A DNA stretch of 64,000 nt, from assembly GCA_023205875.1 (NCBI GenBank), contig CP060765.1, forward strand, positions 558,001 through 622,000, in the 5' to 3' direction. Source of the stretch: Chloropicon primus (Eukaryota). Within the stretch, counting starts at the first letter, position 1, and the number at the start of each line of letters is the position of its first letter. A program made the translations under genes and the position numbers. Below are positions 40,571 through 51,185 of the stretch, piece after piece. The notes beneath the pieces are model-generated. The model was not told the origin of the DNA, ran no database searches, and worked only from the letters and a program-made list of their open reading frames with translations.

Positions 40571-41173
40571 ATGAGAGCAGGGATCCCAACCGCAACCCCT
40601 TCATCGTCCAGGAGACAGAGGGGGATTCGGTTTCGGTTTCGAGAACATCAGGGAAACAGGAACGGGAAAGGAAGCCTTGCGGCGGCGGCTCTCTTGCGGC
40701 GTCTGTCTTCGCCGTCTCCCACTCGGCGGGTGCGGTTCGGGTTCGCTTGCCAAGCGTCTGCCCAGCGTCGAAGACGGCGGGATGGGGTTGATATAGACAT
40801 AGACGGGGATGATATAGACGGGGCTGGGGATGGGTTTGGTCGTCGTCGTCGTCGTCGGGAGGGAGGCCTGTTCGACTTTGACTCGGAGGAGAGCGTGGTT
40901 CGGGACGAGCAGAGGAGGGACAGGTCGAAGAGCGAGAAGAAGAGACAGGCGAAGGAGTACTTCAGGGCGGCGGAGCTCCTGACCTCCCTGGGGAAGAAGC
41001 AGCTGGAGAACCTCGGGCCTTTCCTCGACGACTCGGTGCTCGACCTGGTCAAGCTCGCCCAGAAGCTCTCGGTGCGGAACCAGGGGAGGAAGAGGCTCGA
41101 GCAGACCATCGCGAAGCACCTCAGGACGAGCGAGGTCGGGGTCGAGGACATACGGAGGCACCTCAACCTGTGA
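40571..41173 (+). CDS. YjgA/DarP (DUF615)-like ribosome-associated protein, probably plastid
   Basis: SKSEKKRQAKE..AELLTSLGKKQL..GRKRLEQTIAKHLR. TGTAA at 41244-41248. Confidence 0.65.
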   Translation: MRAGIPTATPSSSRRQRGIRFRFREHQGNRNGKGSLAAAALLRRLSSPSPTRRVRFGFACQASAQRRRRRDGVDIDIDGDDIDGAGDGFGRRRRRREGGLFDFDSEESVVRDEQRRDRSKSEKKRQAKEYFRAAELLTSLGKKQLENLGPFLDDSVLDLVKLAQKLSVRNQGRKRLEQTIAKHLRTSEVGVEDIRRHLNL

Positions 41174-41344
41174 GAGGGGCGGGGCGGAGAGCGACGACGG
41201 ACGGCGAAACCGCAAGCAAGGAGGGCCTCGCGTCGTCCCGAGGTGTAATGTATTTGTACTTTCGAGAAGAAGAACCAACCATCTTATCCAGATTACATGA
41301 CGCGTGTGGTGTGTGCTCCAAGCCGGCCGCCGAGCCAAGACGCG

Positions 41345-42133
41345 TCACGACCTCGTTGGCCTGAGAAGGGAGGTGAAGGAGTTGGTGGGCGTCAAGCCGG
41401 GAGTGGACCCTGGGGTTCCAAAGGTGTCGTTCAGGGTGTAGCCCGTGTTCATTGTGGGCGTCCTCGGCGTATCCGGAGGAGAAACCAGCTCCGCGTCACT
41501 GGCCCTGCCATCGCGATGCACCTTTTGAATTAATTTGGTCTGGATGTCGCTCAGCACGTTCTCCACCGACTCCAAGTACTTGTCCACCGCTTCGTCGATC
41601 TTGGTCTCCTCGGCTCTCCGGGGGCTCTCCGCAGCCTCGCGGGACTGCAGAAAGTCTGCCAGCTCGCAAGCCTTTTGCATCACCTGGGCACACGACAAAG
41701 GTTTGGTCAGCGTCAGCAGGAGGAGGCAAAGACAACGTCCTTTGTCTTCGACTTTTTCACTCACCGGGTAGAAAGCTTCCGTGTCCACGGTATCGCTGTG
41801 CGTGGCGTAGTACTGGGCGACCCCCTGGAGATAAGGCAAGGCGGCGGCGATGAACTCCACCATGTTGTGGTGCCCGTGCTTGGCCAAAGTGTCCATCAGC
41901 CAAAGGGTCTTGATGGTGGACAGGTGGTGCCCGTTCCTTATCCCGTCGCTGAGCCGGGCCCGAAATACGCTGAAGATAATGTGGGCGATCTCGTTGTCCT
42001 CGCAAATATGGCAGAGCTTCAGTATCTTTGCTTTGGTCTTCCTGTTATTGCGTGCCATGCTCGTCACGTCCTCCGCCTTGAGTACGAGCGCTTCCTCCTT
42101 CATTTTCCGTCTCATTTTTTTCATCGCCTGCAT
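41345..42133 (-). CDS. ENTH/VHS-like helical domain protein; probable in-frame intron 41684-41764
   Basis: IFSVFRARL..TIKTLWLMDTLAKHG resembles ENTH helices. 81-nt GTGAGT..CTGAC..CAG intron. Confidence 0.5.
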   Translation of the reverse strand: MQAMKKMRRKMKEEALVLKAEDVTSMARNNRKTKAKILKLCHICEDNEIAHIIFSVFRARLSDGIRNGHHLSTIKTLWLMDTLAKHGHHNMVEFIAAALPYLQGVAQYYATHSDTVDTEAFYPVSEKVEDKGRCLCLLLLTLTKPLSCAQVMQKACELADFLQSREAAESPRRAEETKIDEAVDKYLESVENVLSDIQTKLIQKVHRDGRASDAELVSPPDTPRTPTMNTGYTLNDTFGTPGSTPGLTPTNSFTSLLRPTRS

Positions 42134-42710
42134 CTTGGCCCACGCTACACTACAGACGCCCTCACGTTTCTTTCTTCCAGGTCCAGGCCTCCAGGCGATC
42201 TTGCGATGCTGGTGTCCTGCCAACCTCCAGGAGGACCCAAAGCCAGGCTCTAGCCCTTGTCCTGGGCTGCAGAGACCCAAGGGAGTAGACCAACTAAGGT
42301 TACCTTTGCCTTTACCTTTGCCTTTGCCTTTGCCTTTGTCTGGGAGTGTGAGTGTGAGTGTGAGTGTGAGTGCGTGTGTTGTGCACCACGGGAGTGGGGT
42401 GTGGAGTGTGGAGTGTGGAGTCCTGGCCCCCTTGGCTTCCCTTGTTTCCGCCTGTTTACTTGACGGTTCCCTCGCTTTTGTCCGTTCGTCCGTCACGTTA
42501 TCTCCAGAAAAAAACTCCTGGCTGACAATCGTCCTGAGCGGAGCACCAGGACGGAACAGGAGGAGCAGGAGGAGGGGCCAGGTCGCGGGGGGAGACACGC
42601 ACGGAGAGGATCCATCCATTCGATCTTGATCTTGGAATCTTGGAACCGATCCGTCTCGTCTCCGCCTTGTTCTTCGCGTTCTTCGATTGCTTTGATCGCT
42701 TCGACTGGAG

Positions 42711-44090
42711 ATGGGGATGGGGATGAGGCCTGGAACTGCTCGGAGCTTCTCGGGGACAGGAAGAAGACCGGGAACGAGGAGCGTTCTGCGGAGAAACCGG
42801 GGATCCTGCACGGAGGACGGACCCCGGTTGGACCCAACAGTAGAGGAACAACAACATCATCGTCGTCGTCATCGTCATCGTCGTCCTGGAACGCCCCTGA
42901 GGCACTGGGTCACTTTGCCGAACTTGTCGATCGCCCTGGGGTCGTCCGGCCTCCTGGCCACGATGTGCGACATGACTGGCGTGGATTTTTACAACCACTT
43001 GGTGCCCTTCGCGGCGAGCGCGGGCCTCTGCCTGTCCTTCTCCCTCGCCGCGCAGTACGAGATCGGGAGGTTCAGGACCACGCAGAAGCTGAACAGGCGG
43101 ATGAACGTTGTCATCACGGGGGGGACCAAGGGGATCGGCAAGGCGCTGGCGAGGGAGTTTCTCAGCAGCGGGGACAGGGTTTTCCTTGCGTCTCGGGACA
43201 GCGAGGCGGTGGAGTTGGCGAGGAAAGACCTAGCGGCGCAGACGGGGCGCGGCCTGGATTCGATCCTGGGGGCCAGCTGCGACGTCTCGGATTACGAGGA
43301 CGTGGTGAACTTGGGCGACGAGGCCCAGAGGGGTATGGGCCGCATCGACATCTGGATCAATAATGCGGGTGCCAGTGGATCCTTCAAGTCGTTCCTCGAC
43401 AGCGATGCCGAGTCCATACGAAGGGTCGTCCACACGAACTTGCTCGGCACGATGCACGGCACCAAGGTGGCGATGTCCCTGTTCAGGAAGCAGGGCCAAG
43501 GGGGCCACGTCTTCAACATGGACGGTGCGGGCTACGACGGGAACGCGACGCCAAACTACGCTGCTTACGGCGCGACGAAAGCCGCAATCACTCAGATGAA
43601 CAGGAGCCTTCGCAAGGAGGCGTCGGCCCGGGTCGGGGTGCACACCCTGTCCCCCGGGATGGTCCTCACTGATCTTCTCCTGGAGGGCTCCACTGCCGAG
43701 AACAGGAAGGCCTTCAACATCTTGTGCGAAATGCCGGAGACGGTGGCGAGCAACCTCGTGCCGAGGGTGAGGTACGCCGCCGTCAAGGGTAGCAGCGGGG
43801 ACCAGGTCAGGTACCTGACTCTGAGGAGGGCGCTGGGCTTCCTCGTGAACTGGCACAAGAGGAACGGGAGGTTCTTCGATAGGAGTGGAGACCGGACTTA
43901 CTCGAGCGAGAAGGAGCGATTGACGCCGGCGAGGAGCGCAGAGAGAGAGCTCATGACGGCACTAACGGCGTTGCAGCAGAGAAATCAAATCGCAAAGACA
44001 GTGGACCGCCTGGCGAATTTGTACTCTATGTGCTTCATAGGGATCTACCTGGTCCTGGCAGAGATTGCCACGGCCCAGTCCATTTATTAA
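42711..44090 (+). CDS. NYC1: Chlorophyll(ide) b reductase
   Basis: VVITGGTKGIGKALAREFL, IDIWINNAG, HVFNMDGAG, YAAYGATK, VHTLSPGMVLTDLLL, NILCEMPETVA. Flanking TM segments favour NYC1 over NOL. Confidence 0.88.
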   Translation: MGMGMRPGTARSFSGTGRRPGTRSVLRRNRGSCTEDGPRLDPTVEEQQHHRRRHRHRRPGTPLRHWVTLPNLSIALGSSGLLATMCDMTGVDFYNHLVPFAASAGLCLSFSLAAQYEIGRFRTTQKLNRRMNVVITGGTKGIGKALAREFLSSGDRVFLASRDSEAVELARKDLAAQTGRGLDSILGASCDVSDYEDVVNLGDEAQRGMGRIDIWINNAGASGSFKSFLDSDAESIRRVVHTNLLGTMHGTKVAMSLFRKQGQGGHVFNMDGAGYDGNATPNYAAYGATKAAITQMNRSLRKEASARVGVHTLSPGMVLTDLLLEGSTAENRKAFNILCEMPETVASNLVPRVRYAAVKGSSGDQVRYLTLRRALGFLVNWHKRNGRFFDRSGDRTYSSEKERLTPARSAERELMTALTALQQRNQIAKTVDRLANLYSMCFIGIYLVLAEIATAQSIY

Positions 44091-44160
44091 TCTAATGATA
44101 TTCATCGCACTCCCTCGATTGAGATTCGTCGCACCACCTCGAGTCGCGTTGTGGTGCACC

Positions 44161-45199
44161 TCACGAGGACGCTGGAAATGGCGGGAGGCCCCACTCTCCG
44201 GGCTCGAAGTCAAGCAAGCTCTTGAGCGTCTGGTGCGGCTGCTGCTCTGGCTTCTTCACCGCCTGAGCCATCTCGGCATCCGGAACGTGAATCGCTTTAA
44301 AGTTTCCGGCGACTGACACAAACGGAAGAGGAGGAGGAAGGTCAGCTTCGGTAGACAAGAAGAAGAGGAAGAAGAGGAAGAAGAGGAAGAAGAGGACTCA
44401 CTTGCTCCCTGGATTCCAAGAGGGCTGTCCTCAAAAATCAAGCAGGCCTCCGCGTTTGGTTTGTCCTCGAAATCATCCTTGGCTTTGAGGAAGATTTCTG
44501 GGTCAGGCTTTCCCTTCACCACGTCGTCTCCCGTGATCATGTGCAAGAAGACGCTGTTGAAAAGGTCGACGTGCCGAGAGGTCTTGAGCTTGAAATGCGT
44601 TCTGTTGGACGACGTCGCCAGCGCGCAGGGCACTTTGTTGTCCCTCAAGTGCTCCAGGAGGCGCTTCGCCCCCGGCAGGAGCTCCGCCTGAGGCAGCAAG
44701 TCCCTCAGGACCTTGGCCCTCCGCTCCAGGAACTCATCCGGGGTCATCTCCTTCTCGAGGTCCAGCTCCTTCAGGACCAGCCTCGCTGCGTCCTGGGACT
44801 TCCTTCCCATCATCAACGCCTTCAACTCCTGCTTCCTCTCCTGGTACCCGCAGTCAGGATAAGCCTCGAACACCTTGTCCTGTGCGATGGTGTAAAAGAT
44901 CTCCGTGTCCAGCAACAGGCCTTGGCACGGCACAAGAGTGTCATTCCGCGAAACGGGGTCAGTTTCACCTCTCCTCCTTCCGGGCTGTCATCACGACCCC
45001 ACGCTATCATCACGACCCCACGCTATCATCACGGGCGGGTGGATGTTTTCGATGTGATATGATGGTTGGTGTTTTCCCTATCTCTCTTCGCCCCTGCACC
45101 GAGCCGCGGCAACACCAAGTCGTGAAAGTGTGTTGTGGTGTCGTACTCACCGTCCATGTCGAAGATGACGTGCGTTATGTTCCCCATCCCCGCCGCCAT
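44161..45199 (-). CDS. HAD-family phosphatase (GS1/HDHD1/GPP-like); exons 45151-45199, 44402-44920 and 44161-44312
   Basis: THVIFDMD|GLLLDTE, ALATSS, GKPDPEIFL, LIFEDSPLG, SLLDFEPGEWGLPPF. Both introns are frame-consistent. Confidence 0.88.
44988..45033. repeat. 19-nt tandem repeat, about 2.4 copies (intronic)
   Basis: TCATCACGACCCCACGCTA twice plus a partial copy. Confidence 0.85.
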
Positions 45200-45287
45200 C
45201 GTGCCTCTCCCTCTCTCCACTTGCCCGTGCTCCTCTCTCCTCAAGCCAACCGAACCGTCCTCCGTGTTTCGTTTCGACCGGGGGCTC

Positions 45288-45356
45288 CAGGAACACGTCC
45301 TCGTGGTCAGGAACACGTCCTCGTGGTCAGGAACACGTCCTCGTGGTCAGGAACAC
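45288..45356. repeat. 20-nt tandem repeat, about 3.4 copies, in a divergent promoter
   Basis: CAGGAACACGTCCTCGTGGT three times plus CAGGAACAC. Confidence 0.9.
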
Positions 45357-45487
45357 CTCGCGCGCCCTTCCTCGTCGTCGTCCTCGTCGTCGTCCTCGTC
45401 GTCCTCGTCGTCGGGCGCCAGAGGCTCTGCAGTTATTGAAGCGGCGAGGCGACAGAGGAGGTCCTCGTGGTGGTGGTGGTGGTGGTG

Positions 45488-46642
45488 ATGGGGATGAGGG
45501 AGGAGAGGTGGGTGTTCGAGGAGGAGCCGACGCACATCCCCGCGAGGGACAAGCCCAAGCTCGAGTGTTCCCAAGTTGTCATCGCCACCGTGGAGAAGAA
45601 GCATTGTGGTGAGGTCCTCAAGGTGCTGACACGAGAGGCGCCGCTTGGCGAGTACAAACACGTCAAGCGGATCAGGAACAGGGCAGTGGAGGAGGGCAAA
45701 GGCCTCGAGGGGGAGACAAAGGCCAATGGCAAGGGGAGGGCGGACGTCCTGGAGGTCGTCGTGTGCACCAGTCACCCGCAGGAGGGGGGAGGGTGGCCCG
45801 TGGGGACGAGGGGGGTGGAGGGTGGGGAACCGAGGGGGGCTGCTGCTGCTGCGGGGGTTCAGGGGGACGCTTGGGAATGCATGCCTTCGGCACTGAAGTC
45901 AGTCCTGCTGCCTCTCGTTTGCCGGGTTTCATTGGCTGAGGTGCCAAGGCACTCTCCGGAGGACCGCGAGCAGTTGCAGGATTGGAACCGGGTCTGGCCC
46001 GTGTCCTACAAGGTGCCCGCTGGGAAGGTGGTAACGAGGAGCGCCAAGATCAAGGTCTCCGAGGAGGACAAGCACGAGATGCTGAAGCACCTGGGGCTTG
46101 TTCGGGAGCTGGCGACGGGGGAGAGCGGTCAGCGGCGCGAGGCGGGCTGCGGCGCGTGCAACGCTGCCGTCATCGTCAACCCGACCACAAAGGAGGTCGT
46201 TGGCTTGGGCCAAGACCAGACAAAGTCCACGGATTGGACGACCTGGGACTCACGGTTGGTCCACGCCCCCAGCCCGCTGAGGCACGCGGCGATGGTGGCG
46301 ATAGAAAACGTGGCGGAGGGCGTGAGGAGTTGGGGGAACAAGCGCAAAAGGAGCGACACGGAGACGGGTGGTGACACGGCGCCGAGCGTGTCCGACCGGG
46401 GTGATGGTGATCCAGAGGCTGAGCCGTATCTCTGCACGGGTTTCGACTGCTACCTTTGGCGGGAGCCGTGCACGATGTGCGCCATGGCGTTGGTTCACAG
46501 CAGGGTTCGGCGGATCACTTTTTGCGTTCCTGATCCAAAGTGGGGCGCTCTCGGGGGCGCCTTCCGGCTCCACAGCCTGACTTCCCTCAACCACCACTAC
46601 GAGGTGTTCCACTGGCCTGTGATCGAGGCGTCCAAGCCTTGA
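45488..46642 (+). CDS. ADAT3: tRNA adenosine-34 deaminase non-catalytic subunit
   Basis: YKHVKRIR, WNRVWPVSY, PLRHAAMVAI (no catalytic Glu), YLCTGFDCYLWREPCTMCAMALVHSR, SLNHHYEVF. Confidence 0.9.
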   Translation: MGMREERWVFEEEPTHIPARDKPKLECSQVVIATVEKKHCGEVLKVLTREAPLGEYKHVKRIRNRAVEEGKGLEGETKANGKGRADVLEVVVCTSHPQEGGGWPVGTRGVEGGEPRGAAAAAGVQGDAWECMPSALKSVLLPLVCRVSLAEVPRHSPEDREQLQDWNRVWPVSYKVPAGKVVTRSAKIKVSEEDKHEMLKHLGLVRELATGESGQRREAGCGACNAAVIVNPTTKEVVGLGQDQTKSTDWTTWDSRLVHAPSPLRHAAMVAIENVAEGVRSWGNKRKRSDTETGGDTAPSVSDRGDGDPEAEPYLCTGFDCYLWREPCTMCAMALVHSRVRRITFCVPDPKWGALGGAFRLHSLTSLNHHYEVFHWPVIEASKP

Positions 46643-46762
46643 GAAGCGAAAAGCTCTTTGTTCTTAGGGTTGGTTCTATACATAAAATGAATTATGGGGA
46701 AGGAACGACGGAATTGTGGTCATCCTAGCAGTCCGCGTCTCTCTCTCTCTCTCCTCGCTCCC

Positions 46763-47899
46763 TTACCCCCTTCCGGCGCCCTGAGGTCTAGCGTCCTTGA
46801 AGTACAGCAAGGACTTGCTGAACTTGTGGTCTTGAGTAGGCCCAAGGGTGTTTCCTGTCATCTTGCCGTAACTCTGAGCGTAAATGTGCTGCTGACCTGG
46901 GATATGCCCGGTGTACCCCACGACCTTGTGCCTTCCCTCGTTCACCTCCTGCATCTCCTCGGTGACCTTCTCCCTGATCTTGTACTCCTTGGTCAACTCG
47001 TGAGTGATGGGCCTGGTCACCGGCTTGGTCAGCTGGCTCACGGTGAGGTTCTCCTTGGGCCTGAAAACCTTTTGGGTGTACAAGTCAATTCGGCCTTGGG
47101 GCCTCTGGTCCGTCAAAGCCGTCAGCTCGCTGACGTTGCCGCCCTGCTTCAGGGTCTTCACGGCCAGCTCGGCCAACTGTGTGCTTTGACCGAAAGTCTT
47201 GCCATAAATGTGGTTATCCTTGGCAACGATGCAACCCGTGTATCCAGGGATCTTGTGGTTGTCCTGGAGCGGCAAGCCCTGAGGCCTGTCGTCACTGTAG
47301 CCCATGAGGCTCTCCGTCTTGCTCAAGGTGGACATCGCCTTGACCCCCTCGTGCTCGTTGTCGTCCTTGAGCATCTTCGTGGTGCTTCCGTACGACCTGC
47401 CGTACACGTGCTGGGCGCCGTGCTGGTGACCCGTGTACCCGGGAAGGTTGCTCGAAGGGTCCTTGGCCTGAGAAGGGAGCTCCTCCTTGGGAAGCTTGCG
47501 GGTGATGAACTCCTTCTTGTGGTATGGCAAAGCCGAAAGGGAAGCAGTCTCCACGGTCCTCGTGCTGTACACCTTGGGCTTCGCGTTGTTCTGGGCGGGC
47601 TGGCCCATGCCAGTCGTCGGCGTGAAAGTCGTCTTGCTCAAAGAGTTTGGAATCTTCACGCTCTGGGTGCTCATGCCAGGCTTGGCCACCTGAGCGTACA
47701 AGAAGTTCCTCCCCTGGGGGCGAGAGTCCACGAACTCGTGGTGGGAGCTCGGGTTCTCCCCCTCCGCCATGAGGTGGTTGGCTATCTGGGCCTTGTTCGT
47801 GGCCTCCGTGTAGCGCTGACCGTGGACGTGGGTCTTCATCGCTGGGATGTAGCCCATGTACCCCGGAATGAATCCCGTCGTCTCCGTCTGGAACACCAT
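46763..47899 (-). CDS. GYTG/PYG-repeat ciliary microtubule inner protein-like (FAM166/CIMIP2-like)
   Basis: IPGYMGYIP, LPGYTGHQ..YGRSYG, IPGYTGCI..YGKTFG, VVGYTGHIPG..AQSYG. Confidence 0.7.
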   Translation of the reverse strand: MVFQTETTGFIPGYMGYIPAMKTHVHGQRYTEATNKAQIANHLMAEGENPSSHHEFVDSRPQGRNFLYAQVAKPGMSTQSVKIPNSLSKTTFTPTTGMGQPAQNNAKPKVYSTRTVETASLSALPYHKKEFITRKLPKEELPSQAKDPSSNLPGYTGHQHGAQHVYGRSYGSTTKMLKDDNEHEGVKAMSTLSKTESLMGYSDDRPQGLPLQDNHKIPGYTGCIVAKDNHIYGKTFGQSTQLAELAVKTLKQGGNVSELTALTDQRPQGRIDLYTQKVFRPKENLTVSQLTKPVTRPITHELTKEYKIREKVTEEMQEVNEGRHKVVGYTGHIPGQQHIYAQSYGKMTGNTLGPTQDHKFSKSLLYFKDARPQGAGRG

Positions 47900-48580
47900 C
47901 TTTCTGGAAGAATCCAATTCAACAGCAACAACGACTACAAGACACACTAGAAACGAATGAATGCGACCACGAGCGGTTGGGATTGGGTTGGGATTGGGTT
48001 GGGTTGGGTTCCCAAGCAAGCAACCAAAGTTGTAGCTGCAAGGCAAGGAATTGCCGTGTTGTGTCTGTTGGTGTGGTTAAGTTCAAGTTCAAGTCAACCC
48101 TGTCCGTGGTGGTGGTGGTCTCCCTCCTTTGTGCTTGCGCTGGCCCTGGACGTGGTTCCCCTAGTCTAGACTCAATCGACTTCGCCTTGCATGTTAAGAG
48201 AGGGGTTTCCTTAACCAAAACCCAAGAGAACCCAAAGTGTCCATGGGATCCCATGTTCGTCAAGAGAAATGTGTGAGACCGCGTGGTACAATGTGGTAAA
48301 AATACTCAATTTGTGACTTCAATCTTAACGACGCTCGTAGAAATAAAAACGAGGGCCTGGTCAACCGACTCCCTCTCTCTTGACCCTGACCCTGATTCTT
48401 TCTTGACTCGTCGGGGTCCTCCTCGTCCTCCTCGGAGACCGTTCCGTCCTCCGGCATCTCCACTTCCCTCCCTCCCAGACGTTGAGGCCCGCCTCTTCTG
48501 TTCCCAACCCTTGACAATCCAAGCAAGCACGGAACGGATTGGACTTTGGACTGGACTGGACTCAACTCGATTGATTAGCG

Positions 48581-49294
48581 ATGGCGGATCCTTTGACGAA
48601 GAAGAAGACGGGGGTCTTTGAGGACTTCCCTTTGCCGGAGCGAAAGCACTTTGATCACAGGGCTTCCAGGGGCTCACTCGGGGCAGGACTCGCGCCCGTG
48701 GAGGACGAAAAGAGAGCCTTTGCACACCTCAGGAGGGACAACACCAAGGGAGACAGTCACGGAAGGTAAGGCGAGGCCAAGCCGGGGGGGGGGCACGGGT
48801 CCAAGGCAAACCGCGGCGTTTCGAACGGGCTTCGTGTCCTCCCTTCTGAGTCGTTGTCGCCCGGAACTTTTGTTTACTGACAGCGGACTTTCTCGCTCTC
48901 TTCTCCCTCTCTGGCTCTCCGCTTCAGCTCCACCATTGGCGGTTGCGATAAGGGCACGTGGAAGAGCTCGTACCAAGCCTTCGCGGACGGCACGGACGAC
49001 ATCGGCAAAGTGAGAAAGTTGTCCAGGAAGAAGAGCCACTCGAACGCGAACAACAGCAACAGGTCGGAGCTCAGCCTGTTCCAGGGCGGGAGGTCCTTCC
49101 AGTCCGGCCTGGGCAGGGAGAACCTGGAGAACCAGAAGCAGCTCCACATGCCGGGGTACACCGGGCACGTTCCCAAGGCCACGAGCGCTCTTGGGCCCGG
49201 GCCCCAAGGAGACTCCAGGAACCCAGCGGACAAGTCCTTGCTGGCTGAGAACTACAGGCATAACGTGGTCGGATACACGGGCCACGTCAAGTGA
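48581..49294 (+). CDS. Small GYTG-repeat protein; exons 48581-48765 and 48928-49294
   Basis: GTAAGG..ACTGAC..TTCAG intron gives a continuous frame; MPGYTGHVP and VVGYTGHVK. Confidence 0.65.
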
Positions 49295-49697
49295 GGAGGC
49301 CCGGCTACTTCACCAGGGCTGCTCCACGAGTCCACGATTCGACTTGGTGTCCTGATGGTTTGCCGGTCGGATCCTTTCCTTCCCTCCCTCGGAGGTTTCC
49401 TCGACAAGCCCAAGCCCAAGCTCAAGCTCGCGCGTCTTGGGGGGTCCAACCCACCGACAGTTTTGTACAGAACAGATCGAGTCGCCCGCCGTAGTTGCAA
49501 GTGTGTTGTAATCAAGTTTGTGTACCTTTTTTTCTCATTCCTCCTCCTCGCTCTCCTCCTCCTCCTCGCTCTCCTCCTCCGCACCATTGTCGGGCATCAT
49601 CGAACCCCTCGCCTTGTCCCCGCCACGAACGAGGAGGCCACTCCCTCGCTCGGCTCGGCTCGGCGTGGCGTGGCGTGGCGTCGTCGCGCGTGGCGTG

Positions 49698-51002
49698 ATG
49701 TTGGCACCGGTGACGGGGAAGGGAGGGAAGCGGGGCGGGGTGGGCCTCGCCGCATTACGACCACGACACACGCTCGCAACAAAACGGACGCCTCGGCTTG
49801 GGAAGCGAAACGCGCCAAACCAGCAGCGGCACGTGGAGGGGAAGGACGAGGACCGAGGAGGAGGAGGAGGAGGAGGGAGAGGGAGGTGTCCCTCGGCGGC
49901 ACAGGGGCGTCGGGGGGATGTCGGGGGGGGAGACGGAGGGGAAAGGGTCAGGGAAAGGGCAGGGACGAGCGGGAGGGGGGGAGGTGCCAAGGGGGCCGAC
50001 GAAACGACCCTCCTCGGGTCGGTGGGGGCTCATCTGCAGAGGAACTTCATGCCGTATGGTCTCGTGGCTGCGATATGCGTGTCCGTCGTCGAGCCGAGGA
50101 TTGGGTGCAAGGTGCACGCCCTGAGGCTCCACAAGCTCTCGGCCCCGGGGATATTCCTCATCTCGGGCCTGATGCTCAAGCTGGGGGAGGTGAAACGGGC
50201 TCTCAAGTCCCCTCTCCCCCTGCTCCTCGGGCTCTGCACCATATCCCTGGTTCTTCCCCTGAGCGCCCAGCTGGCTTTGCGGTGGCCCTTCCTGTCCCAA
50301 GACCTGGTGTACGGGATGGCGATCTTCCTTTGCATGCCGACCGCTCTGTCGACCGGGGTGCAGATCTGCACGCACTACGGCGGGAACCCGGCCCTGGCTC
50401 TCATGCTCACGGTGGGCTCCAACTTGCTGTCCATAGCCACGATACCCTTCTTCGTGAGCTACGTCCTGGCGCAGGGCAGCGAGATCAAGCTCAGCGTGGA
50501 CGCGTTCGTGCTCTTCAAATCCCTTGTCAAGTCCATCCTGGTCCCGATGCTGGCGGGCGTCGCCCTGAGGAGCAAGGTGCCCCGCGTCACGGAGTGGGTG
50601 GATGCCAACAAGAAAGCGCTGTCCATGGTCTCGGCGTCTCTCCTCATCTCGGTGCCGCTAGCCGAGCTGAGCTCGTCGGTGGCGAAGGGCCTGACCCTCC
50701 TCCCCTCGGAGCTTGCTCAGGTGGCTGCCCTGGGGGTGTGCTTCCCCGCGGCCTTCATGGCTTTCAATGCCGTGACCACCCGTTGCTTCCTGGGCGGCCT
50801 GCCTCAGGACATCAGGAAGACCCTCGTGATCGTGTGCAGCCTGAAAACGCTCCCCTCTGCGGTCATGGTGGTCCAAAAGATGCAGGAGATCGTGCCAACG
50901 CTGTCTGGGGCGGCCCTCGTGCCCTGCATGATGTTCCACATCATCCAGACCCTCCTCATCTCGGCCGCTGCCTCCGGGGCCAGTCCGGCGAAGCAAGTTT
51001 AG
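49698..51002 (+). CDS. Bile acid:sodium symporter family transporter (BASS4-like)
   Basis: IFLISGLMLK, AIFLCMPTALSTGV, GGNPALALMLTVGSNLL, SLKTLP, PCMMFHIIQ. TGTAA at 51039-51043. Confidence 0.85.
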   Translation: MLAPVTGKGGKRGGVGLAALRPRHTLATKRTPRLGKRNAPNQQRHVEGKDEDRGGGGGGGRGRCPSAAQGRRGDVGGGDGGERVRERAGTSGRGGGAKGADETTLLGSVGAHLQRNFMPYGLVAAICVSVVEPRIGCKVHALRLHKLSAPGIFLISGLMLKLGEVKRALKSPLPLLLGLCTISLVLPLSAQLALRWPFLSQDLVYGMAIFLCMPTALSTGVQICTHYGGNPALALMLTVGSNLLSIATIPFFVSYVLAQGSEIKLSVDAFVLFKSLVKSILVPMLAGVALRSKVPRVTEWVDANKKALSMVSASLLISVPLAELSSSVAKGLTLLPSELAQVAALGVCFPAAFMAFNAVTTRCFLGGLPQDIRKTLVIVCSLKTLPSAVMVVQKMQEIVPTLSGAALVPCMMFHIIQTLLISAAASGASPAKQV

Positions 51003-51185
51003 TTTCGTTAGGTGAAGCAGTCTCTCTAAGGAATCGTTTGTAACATTACTTGTTGAGCCACAGAAAGTCTTGAATATTACACAACTGGTACACACTATTT
51101 ACTTTATTTGCTTTCTCTCCACCCCTCCCTCTACTCTATCATTATCATTATTACTGTCTGTTGTACATACATTCTTGATTGCTCG

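Noticed and set aside
44988..45356. Short direct repeats as a CRISPR array
   Set aside because: Head-to-tail copies with no spacers, no cas genes, and a eukaryotic context.
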